DNA of 64,000 nucleotides from Octopus sinensis (taxonomy: Eukaryota). Of this stretch, positions 25,940 through 40,032 are shown one piece after another (positions within the stretch are counted from its first letter, which is position 1; every line of letters begins with the position of its first letter). The position numbers and the translations under genes were made by a program. The notes under the pieces were generated by a model, which was given only the letters and a program-made list of their open reading frames with translations, did no database searches and had not been told where the DNA came from. The stretch lies in contig NC_042998.1 in NCBI RefSeq assembly GCF_006345805.1, forward strand, positions 106,888,001 through 106,952,000, written 5' to 3'.

Positions 25940-26620
25940 TAACGAAATTAGAACTACTGTTTGCAGCAGTTGTAATTAGTCATACAAGTATTTATAGCGC
26001 CAATATTTTAGATCTTATAGATAAAGGAATTCCTTCATCAATTGCAACTAATTTGAAATGGTACAGAAGAAAATGCACGGCACTTATTAAAAAATTATAC
26101 TGCTTCCAAGTAACAGTCAATTTTCCTTGATATTGGACAAGTCACCTGATATTGCCCTTAAAAAGCATTTGTGTGCTGCATATGCTGCAATAAACGATAA
26201 AATCACAGTTTTTAGGATTAATCCTCGTAACAACATCTACTGCTGAAGTATTGCATGAAGTCATAAAAAACTTCTTGAGCGATGTGCGAATTAATTTGAA
26301 AACTGCTTCGCTGACCAAAAAGGGAAGCTTCAAAATGTTGTGGCACTGAGAATTCACTCTTCACGTTAATGGGTTTGAATAATCGAAACTTGATTCTCAT
26401 AAAATGCACTTGCCACTCACTTCATTTATACCATGTTCTTATGCCTCAAAGAATTATCTTCTAACATTGACTATCTTTTAATAGGAACTTACAACTAGTT
26501 TCACACATAAGCAATACGAAATAAGTTAATAAGCAATGGCAAAAAACAATGGAAAAATATTCTCCTTTCAGTCAAAGTCGATGGGCTTCTTTCCAACACA
26601 ATTCGCTGCTTTAAAAAAAT
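25940..26620 (+). pseudogene. hAT-superfamily transposase remnant
   Basis: Frameshifted motifs LELLFAAVV, QFSLILDKSPDIALKKHLC (catalytic D region), FLGLILV, LILIKCTCHSLHL (CxxH), SRWAS (RW motif). Confidence 0.85.
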
Positions 26621-27184
26621 GTGCTGTGTTTATGAAATTATAAAATCGACCAAGAAACATGTTTCTGTATAACTGAACCTCTTCAACGAAATGAAACATA
26701 AGCTGTTACTAAAGATCTTAGGATGACTAAAGAAGCTTATAGGATTTATGTGAATAAATATAGAGTGGTGTCATGAATTAAAGTGATAATCAAGGAAAAA
26801 TACCCAGGAAGGCTTGTTGCATGACATCTTAATCGTCTAAGAATACTTGATGCAGTAAGCCAAGAAATTTCAATTAGTTAAAGTACAACCTTAAAAATTA
26901 GGACAACGACGAAATTATGTAATTAAATAATCGTGGTATTGATAACCTTACTATAATCTGATCTACTCTTGGTTAGAAAATTCCTTACATAAATTATAAA
27001 CTATTATGATTATTGCGTATGATCGCAACTATATAACAGATCATGTAATTTGTTTATATGAGCTAATTTGTATAATCATATATGAATATGGCTTTTGTTG
27101 CGTCTTTCTCGACACTGATATATCCCACATTATAACGATGTACTTCGTCGTCTACGTGACTGGCCTGAACGGCGTACCTCGCCG

Positions 27185-29060
27185 TCTGTTTTTCATTTTA
27201 TTGGCCACTGTGGGTCCTACTCAGAGGGAACGAACAAGGATAGACAAAACATCATAAATGGGGACATAAAACATTAACGAATGAATGAAATGGATTTATA
27301 TAATGGATGGTGTAATGGCTACTCGAACCCAACTTTCGTGTAGTACCATTTTAACTATATTTTTTCTCTTTTCTTATATATCAACGTTTATCTAATTAAT
27401 TTATCTTAATATATAAAATATGGTGTCAATTGTTCAAATTCCATTACAGGTAGCAGATGATCATATCTTACCTCCCGCCCTAGTGTGTTCACGTCATCGC
27501 CAAAGCTTGCCTTTAATTTTTTGTAATCTTTTATGTCTATTAATATACACTCCATACCTGGTACTCGTATATTGTCCACCTCTACAATTCTTATTATCGG
27601 CTTCAATTTTGCAATTTTTTCCTCAATGGACTCGCCCGTCCAACAGTTCGTCAGACACGCCCTATGTCAACAATTGGTCTGCAATGCCCGCATGTCCTCC
27701 CGAGCATCCGCCTGCGCGTACTCATCCAGAAACTGTCCGTGTTCACCCGTGCACACCCATCTGAAGATTCCCGGCCGCTTGTGCGTGCCTGCGCACGTCC
27801 AACCGGGGGCTCCTGGCCGTCCGGGACACTCCCGCGTGCCCGCTGCAATGTGACACACCGCGTGGGCGCCCGCATGCCACCTACTTCCCTCCCCTCCTCC
27901 TCTTCCTCCCCCCTTGAGTTCTTCGGGGAACGTCCTTCCTCCTTCCACTCTGCACCTCCCGGACCCCCTCATCCCCGCCTTCCACATTCATCTCCTCCGC
28001 ACCTTCCCTCAACCTCCTCCACCAGAACCTGGTTGCTAAGAAGGGGACAACTCGCCCCAATGTGGCCCTTCCCTCTGCAATAGTAGCAGGTGGGAGGCCT
28101 TCCCCCCCCCACCGCCACTCGCAACCTTACATCCTCTGGCAACTCCATCTCTTTGGCAACCTCCCGCAGGTCCAACGAGGCGGCCTGGACCACGACTTCC
28201 AGGCCACACTCCCACCAGCTCAACTCCCTGGTGCAGCCCACCTGCAGCATCTCCGGGTGCTCGCTTGCTTCCATCAAGACTGCTGCAAGCAGCCACATTC
28301 TCACCAATCTCGGGGAGCACCCCGCCAATCCTCACCCCCTTCTTGAGACATGCTGGCAGGAGTGCTTACCCTTCTGCCTTCAATGTTACAGTGGAGCACC
28401 TCACCGCACTTTCTACAGCAGGGAAGCGCACCTCCGCCGCACCAAACCTTCCTCCTCCGCAGTAAAATTCAACGTTACTTCTTACATCTTTCAAGCACTC
28501 TTCTATATCCTCCTCGCTAACCACCTCCATCCTCCTGCCTGTCAGTGACAAGGTTCCACAAACCATCACTTCTTCCCTTCCGCCTCCTGTTACACCTTCG
28601 GGCGGGGCCAACTTCATCTTGACCCCTCTTGACCCCTCTCTCCGGACCAATTCCCTGCTACTTCTTACCATCTCAAAGTCAACAGGCACTTCCCCAACCT
28701 CCAGTTGCCTCACAGCAGCTGTCACATTCTTCCGACTTGCCACCGAAGCGCAATTCCCAACACGCGCCCACAACCCTTTCACTGCTCACCGCACTCCCGC
28801 CCTCACTGGGGGAGAAAACAAAACAAAAGCAAACAACACAACAAAGGTTCGACAATTCCAACAATAGGCAACACCGCCAGGGAGGACCCCAAACAAGGGA
28901 CAACCCATCTGCAACGACAACAATTCAACACTGAACAAAATAGGTTCTTCTCGTGCAGCGAGCCGACTTGCACTCGTTGTGTCTGTCCACTATTTATTTG
29001 CGGTGGAACAGTCCACTTCTCTCACTAGGGTTGTCCTCCACAACAGTTTTGTAGCAGTCG
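27185..29060 (-). mobile_element. L1/Tx1-like element encoding only a degraded ORF1 (gag-like, CCHC zinc knuckle)
   Basis: GC-rich block with minus-strand ORF pieces 28366-28782, 27969-28328 (VAVGGGRPPTCYYCRGKGHIGASCP) and 27406-27606. AATAAA at 27197-27202. No endonuclease or RT between the knuckle and the poly(A) signal. Confidence 0.75.
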
Positions 29061-29541
29061 ACCATGACTACATCAATACGAGTTCTATATGTATGTGTAT
29101 ATTTGTGTATGTGTGTGAGTGTGAGAGAGATGTTTCTACAGTGCATAAATGTACGAGTATGAGTCAGAACTAATGCATATAAAAAATTTACATGCTTTCT
29201 GACTCACACTTGTATCTGGATAGGTGAGTCTAAGTGTATGCAAGTATACATCTGTTAGTATTGTACGACTATGTGTGGATATGCATATGATGTATGTGTA
29301 TATCTGTGTGCGCGCGCGCGTATGTGTGTATGTGTGTGTTTGGGTGGGTGCATGACAATGTATACGTGTAGAACTTGAACTCTGAAACCACTCTAGCGTG
29401 ACACTTTAATCATTCTGTTGTCCCCTTTTACCTCAGTGTATTTGTCTCTGCTAAACCTCAAACTACTATACAAACTTGTTTGGTCATTAGCATACATGCT
29501 AATGATTAATGTGTGTGTGTATGTGTTTGTGTGTATGTGTT

Positions 29542-29597
<56 letters not shown>

Positions 29598-30676
29598 CGT
29601 TTGAAAATGTATGTTTTTGACTTTATTTATGACGTGCATGAATAAAGTGTATGAGTATGTTTGTGTATATGTTTATGTTTGTGTATGAGCGCTTGTAGTT
29701 TACTCTGCTTTTTAATTAATCGTATTTCATCTCTCCAACCCTTTGTAGGTTTTCTCTGGCTAAATTTTGATAAACAAGAGGCTGGTTAAATATTTTACCA
29801 TATTTTATTTATCTTATTTACTTTTACTTATATGAATTTTATTTACTCGTTAATGCCTTCCAGTAACGGACATTTCTGGTTTATAAAAATGTACACTGTA
29901 AACAAGTACATCTTATGTCACTTGGTATAAATTGAGTCGACGCAGCTACGTTGAACAGAGCCAATTATTTAATGCCCATAAAATGTTGTGAAGAGTGACA
30001 TTGTGAAACTTCCACAACTTCAGTGTGAAAGTTGATACATTGGAATTTGTCGCAGCATCCATATGCAAACTATTAAGTCAGCTCAGAATCAAGGGTCGCA
30101 AAAGAATAGCGACAATGAAACAGCCGAAGAGCTCAATATGGTTATGGGAGAAAAGGAATGGCAGATGGAATTGAAACTGAAAAGGAACACAGCAAGCCAC
30201 TAAACATAAAAGGAAGAAACCCAGCTTGAAACAATGCAAGTTCGTGCGGTGGTCTGTGTGGCCAAGCAATAAGCTCACCCAAGATTCCGTGTTCAATCCC
30301 CACTAAAGGTGGCATTTAAATAACAGCAAGAAGACATCAAGGAGTACCCATCGAGGTGGACCCGGCTTCCTTAGAGTGTCATAAATCATAGTGCTGAATC
30401 ACTTGTTTGATGGGAGTTCCGTTTCTGAAGAATTCTCCTGCTCTCCTCTCGCCGCGTAGCGAGAGTTCCTAATCACTGTTACAATACAACTATATGAGTA
30501 CATCTATATGTATACTTATTTGTGAGTATGATGCTTTAGCGTCAATAAAGTAACTGAATAAAGTTTACGAAACAATTGTGAATATCTAAAATAAATACTT
30601 TCCCCCCTCACTTCTCCTGAAGTTAGTTAATTGCATGCGCGCGGACATGTGTGTGTGTGTGCATGCATGAGCGCGC

Positions 30677-30729
<53 letters not shown>

Positions 30730-30742
30730 CAAGCTCGTACAG

Positions 30743-30778
<36 letters not shown>

Positions 30779-30921
30779 ATGCATGTATGTATGTATGTAT
30801 GTATATATAATATGCATTTGTGCATGTGTATATATATGTGTGTATGTGTGCGTTAACCTTAGACGTGTCTTGTGTACTACGTTTAAAATAATATCCTCTT
30901 CCCTGTCAATATATGTATGTG

Positions 30922-30963
<42 letters not shown>

Positions 30964-30971
30964 TGAATGAA

Positions 30972-31331
30972 TTATCCTATGTTTATCGTCAGCATGGAAA
31001 AAGGTTTATGATAAGGGAAGTATGAGTTATTCTGTAAATTGAGGGTAATGTCTAAGAAGTTTGCTTTAGTTAATTCATCGTCAAAAACGATGCGCAAGCC
31101 CATTCTACTAAAAAACCTAACTAATCTGTTCTTAACCTTCTGTATTTTTTGATTCGAAACGTTTTGTAGGTAAAGCAGACAATCGTCGCGATAAAGACCT
31201 CTACAGATGTCCGGGAATTGGTCGGCCATTTCATAAAGAATATAAATTCCGACCAAATCGGCTATCTGGGCGCTGTCTGTACTGCCCATTAGTACATCAA
31301 ACGCATTAGGAGTATCTCTACGGACCCACAT
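30972..31331 (-). mobile_element. Penelope-like reverse transcriptase fragment
   Basis: FDVLMGSTDSAQIADLVGIYIL...GLYRDD...NFLDITLNL...PYHKP: hallmark PLE RT motifs including YRDD. Truncated by (TA)n. Confidence 0.92.
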
Positions 31332-31764
31332 ACTTTTTACTCATATAAATGATAACGATAGTCACTGTGGTTTGAAGAATTAGCTTAACGTGCACTCCAC
31401 TTCAATAGCGAAATTCTTTCCTAAGCCTTCGAACATTCTTTCAATCAACGTACCCTTCCCTCTCCACTTGTTCCCTACCTATTATTCCTTTAACCCTTCT
31501 CTTCCTACTATCTATCTTTGACGTCAATTCTTCTAACGGTTTTTTTAAAAACACTCATTATCGTTTTGTTTACCATGTAGGCACTCATCGAAATTTTTGT
31601 TTGTCTTGTTGTCTTGTTTCTTTCCTGGTGAGAAGATTGCATAATGCACCCTTTATTCCTTTGGAATGAAACCATGTTGTCTTCGAAACATATGTCGAGA
31701 GTAAAGGAATTTTGTTAACATCTTCGTTCGACTCCATTCTTTCATTTATATATATATATATATA

Positions 31765-32490
31765 CAATAAAATTACTATGACTCATCAACACTTAAGTCT
31801 TATGGTCTTCCTATAGTCCATTTTATATCATTAATTTGTATTTAAAAGCAAGTATTTAATTCAATCTTCATAATTTGTTCACTGACATCACTAAATTATT
31901 TCGTCAGTACTTTTATTAAACAAGATTCGTTTATCTTGCGCTTGCAGCATTTTAAGTAGCCTTAGAAATATGTTTTTATCGCATGTACTATCTCAATACT
32001 AATCGCTAATATATCCATTTATCAGAGATAAATGTATCTATTTGATTGATATTCATAAACTTTATTTAATTTTATCTCTTCACTATTACTTTCAAATACA
32101 TACATACATTCCTATATATATATATATAATATATATATATATACAATAAAATTACTATGACTCATCAACACTTAAGTCTTATGGTCTTCCTATAGTCCAT
32201 TTTATATCATTAATTTGTATTTAAAAGCAAGTATTAATTCAATCTTCATAATTTGTTCACTGACATCACTAAATTATTTCGTCAGTACTTTTATTAAACA
32301 AGATTCGTTTATCTTGCGCTTGCAGCATTTTAAGTAGCCTTAGAAATATGTTTTTATCGCATGTACTATCTCAATACTAATCGCTAATATATCCATTTAT
32401 CAGAGATAAATGTATCTATTTGATTGATATTCATAAACTTTATTTAATTTTATCTCTTCACTATTACTTTCAAATACATACATACATTCC
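31765..32490. repeat. Near-perfect tandem duplication (period 379 bp)
   Basis: 31765-32112 and 32144-32490 differ by one indel that I could see. Units are bounded by (TA)n. Confidence 0.9.
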
Positions 32491-32695
32491 TATATATATA
32501 TATATATATATATGTGTATGTATGTATGTATGTATGTATGTATATATATGTATGTATGTATATATATTTATGCATATATGTAGTATGTATATGTATATAT
32601 ATTTATGCATATATGTATATGTATATATATATATATTTATGCATATATGTATATGTATATATATATGTATGTATATATATGTATGCATATATATG

Positions 32696-32763
<68 letters not shown>

Positions 32764-33679
32764 ATATAAACGAAACGCTTTATCCTAAATATACCCATAT
32801 TTCATAGTTTTCTATAAAATATGTCGAATGTATATGTGATATTTTGATTATTTACATAATTAATTAATTTTCAAATTCACTTATTTTTTAAATTTCTTTA
32901 CGTATATGTATTTTAAGAAAATATTTACTTTGACATGAACGCATACTTATTAATGCTTACATTTACCGTCGTGCGGCGGTAGTACTAACACTTATGAGGT
33001 AAATCCGAGATGTACTTATTGCTTAGCTGAAAGCGACATCAACTTGCCGTATTTGCCGGCGAATAAGACGCACTCCAGCGTCCTTATTTTGCAAGTATAT
33101 TTTGGAGGAAAAACAAATTTAGGATGTTTCATTATACAAACATTGAAAGATATTTTGAAATAGTTTTACCGGGCAAATGTATGATTCTGTGCATGTAAAC
33201 ACAATATTGTGACGGTATACTGGAATAAAATATGAAGCCATAACTTTATTACAAACTACGTCATGGAACTACCATACCTCAGCTTTATTTCCTTTCAGAT
33301 CAACTCAATAGTTATTTATATTTTGGTCAAGAGAATTGCACCACGCACCTCTCCACATAACTGCCGCTCCACTCATGATTCGGTTGCATTAAACGCGGAG
33401 CAATTTTTTGATTCGTCTAAAATTAAACAGAGCGTTTTATACGCCAGCAAATATGGTACAAAAAATTTCATTACTCTCTCCATTCCAAAATTTCATTGCT
33501 CACCATGGCCACAGTTTGATGGCTAGAATTAGTGAAAGAGGAAAATAGGATGTACCAATAATTTTAGTTAGCCAAGCATCAAGAATTTTAGATAATGGAC
33601 AGATATTTCTCACAACTTGTAAGTAAAACAATAAAATATACGATTGCATGAAACACTTTATTTAACTAACTTCAAAAGT

Positions 33680-33852
33680 TATCTTTCACTTGTTTCAGTT
33701 ATTAGACTACAACTATGCTGGAGCCCCGCCTTGGAGAATTTTAAGTCAAACGAATCAACACCCAGTACTTATTTTTTAAAAGTTGGTACTTATCCTGTCG
33801 GTTCTTTTTCCGAACCGCTAAGTTACCGAGACGTAAACACACCGACATATAT

Positions 33853-33888
<36 letters not shown>

Positions 33889-34020
33889 CATGACGGATTT
33901 CTTTCAATTTCCGTCTACGAAATACACCCACAAGGCTTTGGTCGTCCCGGGTTATAGTAGAACTCGGGACCATGTTGTTGGGAAGCAAACTTCTTATCAC
34001 ACAGCCACCCCTACGCTTAG
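33680..34020 (-). mobile_element. tRNA-derived SINE, family B, with internal (TA)n
   Basis: Reverse-complement match to 56543-56980. Confidence 0.85.
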
Positions 34021-35224
34021 TCTGAATAATTTTAAAATCTTCTTGCCTTACTGAAAATTGTTTAACCAGGTAACTCGTGGTCAATGGAACTTCTTGCTCA
34101 ATTCTCTTTATATATTTAATAAAATCATTTCAACGTTTGTGTGTATGTGCTCGTTTGAAAATGTATATATTTGACCTTATTATGAGCATTACTGAAAGTG
34201 TCTGAGTGTGTTTGTGTATATGTTTATGCTTGTGTATGAGTGCTTGTAGTTTACACTGATTTCCAATTCTAAAATATATGTATACCTCGTACGTCCTGTG
34301 TTAAGACCTGTGTTGATTTCTTTCACCCCCTTGTATAAAACAAGTACCAGTCAAGTATTACAATCTATAAATTCAACGATGCACTTGAAGGAGATACACT
34401 AGCATTGTCACAGTTGAATGATCGAATCCAATTCAGCAGTTTTTTGTCATAGATCATTTTACAAGAATTGATCTTGACATAAATAGTTGCTATATCATTG
34501 AGCTCTGAAACCATGCTTCAAACTCTCTGCCACTCCAGTAAGTTTTACATATTCGTTCAGAACAATTTTATTCACGTCAACGCAGCAAACATTATCATAA
34601 ACGTCAGTAAAAAAAAATATTACAGGATGTCAAGAGGAAGGAGATGACACTGGAACAATTGGAGTGTAAATTCGAAATCTTCATACTCTACTTGTAGACC
34701 GGTCTAGAATATAGATTGATATTTCAAATGCATTTTGACGGTGGCATGATTGTGTGATTAAGGAGTTTGCTTTGCAACCACATGGTTTCGGGTTCAACCA
34801 CGCTGCACGGCATCTTGGGTAAATTTCTTCAACTTTAATCCCGGGACGACCAAAACTTCAAATACAAAAAACTGGAAAATTCATTGATGTAGTTCCAGAA
34901 AGCAAACATGAATTCAAATTCAGGTCATTAAAAAAAAATCGAAAATTTTTAACGCTCAGTAAATTATAGTCTTCTAGTGTAACACCATTCACGTCTAGAA
35001 TGCTCTGACTGGTACAAAACGATGAAAGGTAAAGTTGACTTTGACGGGATTTGAACTCAGCATATAAGAATCGTGACTGAATATCGCAAAAGAATTTGTA
35101 CGACGGCCTTGTGCTTCTGCTCATCTGGGAATTTCCACTGTAAGAGCAGCTTGTCGTATTGAACAACATTATGTTATTCAATTTCAGCATGTAACATCTA
35201 GCTTGCATTCAAAATAAGTATATA

Positions 35225-35453
35225 CAGGGTTGGCCAAAAGTCCCCCGATAGTAAATCAAAATTCCATGAACACCTTAATATTCAATTTTATTTATTCATT
35301 CCAATTATGAATGTTTAATAATTAAATGTTGTGAGTTAAAATTACCGTTTTTTAAAAAGCTTTTGTCTATTTATTAGCGAAATCTCATTCAGTTGTTAAA
35401 CATAGATAAATCTTGGAATTAAATGGGTTTTGATTTACTTTTGGTCAACCCTG
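35225..35453. mobile_element. Tc1/mariner-type MITE (229 bp)
   Basis: TA|CAGGGTTGGCCAAAAGT ... ACTTTTGGTCAACCCTG|TA, plus subterminal inverted GTAAATCAAAA/TTTTGATTTAC. Confidence 0.88.
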
Positions 35454-36793
35454 TACTTTGATTCTTTCACCGTTAATCTACAATAATAATATTTACTCGT
35501 CTAAAACTGATATTGTTACCGTAAACCAACTCAGGACACTCACTGCTCTTCCTTTTGTCTCATAGAGCATTCCATCTTCAATATCTCATATTTAACATAT
35601 TAATCATTCTTCCTCCACAAAACAAAATGCATTTGGAAATTTTCTTTATCTATTTTAGTTTATCTCCCCCATCTACTATATCTGTTATAATTCAGTCTAT
35701 ATACTAGTTATATTAATCGCATTCAGTTAATTCAGAACTCTTCATCTAGAAGTACCTTTATAACTACTGACTACGTTTTTTCTTTCCACAAATAATTCAG
35801 AGCAGAGAAATTTTCTATAAAAATTGTTTGTAAAGCTACAATTGTGAACGCTTTATCAGAACTACAACAGAAATATTGCACTCAATATCTGTAGAAGCAG
35901 ATTACTTCAGCCACAAAGATAGTTTGTCAAAAGTGGTTTCTAGAGTCGTGCAAAAATTATAAAGAATAGTCACCAGAATGAAAATCTGAACCAAATTATA
36001 GAGTTCATATGACTACAATTTTATTCCATCACCTATAACATATGAAAGCACGCGGCTAATAACTCTACTGCTGGCAGTGTTGATATTGCTGCTGATGATG
36101 AAGATATTGAAATAACTCTTTGACTGTCGTTTGTTTCTTAAAAGCACGGAGCAGACGAAATTTTATCGATTGACGTATTACCACCCAATATCTCCTGAAA
36201 CAACACCACTCTCTTTGCGTCACTTGAAGTCTTTTGATTTTACGTCGAAGATTAGATTATTCCGCATCACTGCACACTTAATAAATTATCTAATAATGAA
36301 TTGGAATACGTGGATGAACGGACGATTTCTTGTCTAAGTGACGTTTCCGCTTTAAAACAAGACGAATAATACACACGCACACACACATACATATACAGAT
36401 ATGTGTGCATGCTTTTGTGCATGTATCTGTAGTGTGTATAATACATGTGTGTGTGTGTGTGCGTGCGTGTGTGTGCATGTGTGTGTGTCAGCTACATTAA
36501 TAACAATAACAATTGTAAAACTGATGGCAACGGCAACAGCAACATATTGCAGAGGCAGCAGCTGGAACGACAACAACAGTTATTTAAGAGCAGATACTTT
36601 AAATAAAACAACGTTAGCAATGACAAATACAGTTACACAGTCGACAATAACGGCAGCAGCTCTGTAAGAGGAATTAAAACAAAACTCTCTTGTAAATCGC
36701 TTTTGTAAATCTGTTAGGAAGAGAAACAAAACAGAAGATGAATTAAATAGGAATTCTTAAAGACAGACAGACAGACAGGCAGGCAGGCAGGCG

Positions 36794-36951
<158 letters not shown>

Positions 36952-37483
36952 CGTGGGTGATCAGATAAAATAAACTTCGCACTTGAAAACATCAACTTTC
37001 AATGGAATTAATGATTTAGTATATATAAGACATAGTTTGATTAAATATACAACTTAATTGTTTATCCCGAAGACGAGAAAAAAAAATGAAATAATAAATA
37101 AGGTAAGATAAAAAGTAAACGATAAGACAAATAAACGTTGTTTCCATTCTGTGACATTGGAAAGAAACTGTTTTATTTGTCATTCATTGAAAATGTATTG
37201 GAGTTTTTTAAGCAAATCTATCAACTTGTTGGTTTGTATTTCAGCTTTCAGACGACCGGTTAACTTTTGTTGTAAGTTACACTAAATAACCGAGAAATGA
37301 TGATAAACAATGATTTCTAAACTAGGCGTAATGTCATGCATTTTGGTGTAGGAGTATGGTAAATAATTCGATTGCCCCGCCTTTCATTTTCATTGCCATC
37401 CTATTAATTGACTGGTATTTATTTTATGGACCCCTATAAAAAAGGAGGCTAAAGATGAAAAATATTTATATATATTTATATAT

Positions 37484-37540
<57 letters not shown>

Positions 37541-37744
37541 GTATATGTATATACGTGTATATATATATATATATATACATATATACATGTATGTATCTAT
37601 GTAGTATGTATGTACGTATGCATATACGTATGTCTGTCTGTATGTCTGTATGTGTGTATGTATGTATGTATGTATGTATGTATGTATGTATGTATGTATG
37701 TATGTATGTATGTATGTGTGTATGTATGTATGCATATATACCTC

Positions 37745-38530
37745 TAGATTTGTATGTTTTGGTTTATATATATATCTTCTCATGCGTGTACTTGCATATC
37801 TAGATATACTTATGTATACTTAAATGATTAACTTCAGGAAAGTTTTGCAGATTTTTACAGTTTCTATGATGGCTTGGATCTGCGGCTTTCTCCGTTATGG
37901 TTTTGAGAAGCCTAATTTCTTAAGATCGGTATTTAGGCAGGGTGTTACATATGCCAGTGCCCCAATAATTACAAGTCTAAACCTAAACTTGTAACTGCAG
38001 ATTTCTCAATAGTTCAGCGTAGGTATTCTCACTTTCACTGATCTTCAGCTTTATGTTGACATCTACTGGGCAGCTGATTTCCACCACTGTACTGTTTCTC
38101 TTCTCTATCTCAAATCATTATAGCAGGTCAATTGTGCTTACATTTTATTGAGGTTTCACCGGGATATTCCACCAGTATTCCATTTTATTATGAGCGGCTA
38201 TTATTCTACCATACTGTAGGTTCTTATTTCTTCATTCTCGGGGCTATCCTCTCGACTGATCTCGTTATACAGTGTCCTAGCTACAGCATCATATCTTATC
38301 GATAGCTAATACTGTGATGACATTTTTGGACAACTGCTTATGAATTGGGTGATATCTTCACTGTTAACTCCACAAATTTTGCATCAGTTGTCACATTTTA
38401 TAGCTTTTCCTAGATCTCTGCCCCTTTTGTACATCAGGTATTTGGTTGATATTTCCTGTTCCTGGATTGCAAACGCATAATCTCCAAAATGGGAGTTAGT
38501 ATTCCGGTTTTTGGTCCATGAAAAAGAAAT
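37745..38530 (-). mobile_element. 5'-truncated R4/Dong-like LINE (degraded), 3' end in (TATG)n
   Basis: Reverse complement aligns to 39190-40003 (AFAIQEQEISTKYL, EISCP, LEKLGFS). Confidence 0.88.
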
Positions 38531-38756
38531 CAGCTGGCAATTTACAGATACAATTTGCATGTGGAAAAGTAAAAATGTGCAAGACTTTTCTCAAGTTTAA
38601 AATGTGACATTGTTTTCGTTATCTACATTCCAACAATGGAGCTTTGTATCATTGCTAGAACCCAGCTCCTGCCTCAGAAAAAGAATTCAAATAATTAAAA
38701 ACAGAAGAGAATATACATACATACATACATACATACATACATACATACATACATAC

Positions 38757-40001
38757 AACATTTGGGCTGCTTGATAGGACGCTTGATGTGAAAACCCGAA
38801 AAATACTAACAAGCACACATAATTTCCACATAAACAGGGATGTAGATCGCCTCTACCTAAAACGAAACTAAAGTGGAAGAAGCTTAACATCGATCCAAAA
38901 TGCCTTTGAATGTCGCATCATATTCCTTCGGCAACATCTTTAAACCACCAAGTGTCGAAGTGCATCCCTTGACCAAGTTTGCATACATGAAGCTGATAAC
39001 ATCATAAGACTTGGAAGGCAGCTCTTTGAGCAATACACTTTGTCTGATAACCTAGAATACATGCCCAAAGAAGTCGCACGACTCTACCGCAACGTATCAT
39101 CAGATGAAAGGACGAGCCTATATGAGCAGAAGACTATGCATAGATATGTTACTAGAAAGCTCCGTGATGATAGTTACATCGATCATCAAAGCAGTTTATC
39201 ATGGACCAGTAGCCGGAATACTACCTCCCACTTTGAAAGGTATGCGTTTGCAATTCAGGAACAGGAAATATCAACCAAGTACCTGATGCACAAAAGGGAT
39301 AGAGATGCAGGTAAATTCGCAAAGTGGGACAACCGATGCAGACTTCGTGGAGTTCACACTAAAGATATCACCCACATCATAAGCAGTTGTCCGAAAATGT
39401 CATCGCGGTATTATCTACCGATGAGACATTATGTTGTAGCTAGGACACTCTATAATGAAATCCGTCGGAAGAATAATCCCAAGAACAAAGAAATAAGAAC
39501 CCACAGTATGGTAGAAGCCATAGCTACTCATAATAAAAAGGAATACTGGTGGAATGTACCAGTGAAGACCTCAATAAAATGTAAGAACAACAGACTTGAT
39601 ATAATGATTTGGGATAGAGAAGAGAAACTGTGCACAGTTGGGGAAATTAGCTGCCCACCGGATGTTAACATAAAGCTGGAGATCAATGAAAAAGAGAACA
39701 CATATGCTGAGCTAGAGAGAAATCTGCAGTTACTATATCCAGATTACAAGTTCAGGTTTATGCCTGTAATTAATGGGGGCCTGGGATATGTAAATCACTG
39801 CCTAAATACAAATCTTGAGAAATTAGGCTTCTCAAAACAAGAAAGGAGAAAGCTAATTCGAAGATTATAGATCCAATCCATCACTGGAACCGTAAAAATA
39901 TGTAAAACTTTCCAGACATTCGTCATTTCAGTTTATATGAGCATGTCTAGATATGTAACTATATGCATGAGAATACATACATAAAACAAACAAATCTGTA
40001 C

Positions 40002-40003
<2 letters not shown>
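38757..40003 (+). mobile_element. 5'-truncated R4/Dong-clade non-LTR retrotransposon (RT thumb, CCHC finger, restriction-like endonuclease)
   Basis: LDVKTRKILT..DVDRLYL (from 38768, with stops), in frame with ORF 39040-39870: AIQEQEI, CRL(R)GVHTKDITHIISSC, (L)DIMIWD..EISCP..EKENTY. (ATAC)n on both flanks. Confidence 0.92.

Positions 40004-40032
<29 letters not shown>

Noticed and set aside
30060-30485. Possible LTR fragment (minus strand starts TGTAACAGTG)
   Set aside because: No matching CA end, TSD, PBS or second LTR could be found.
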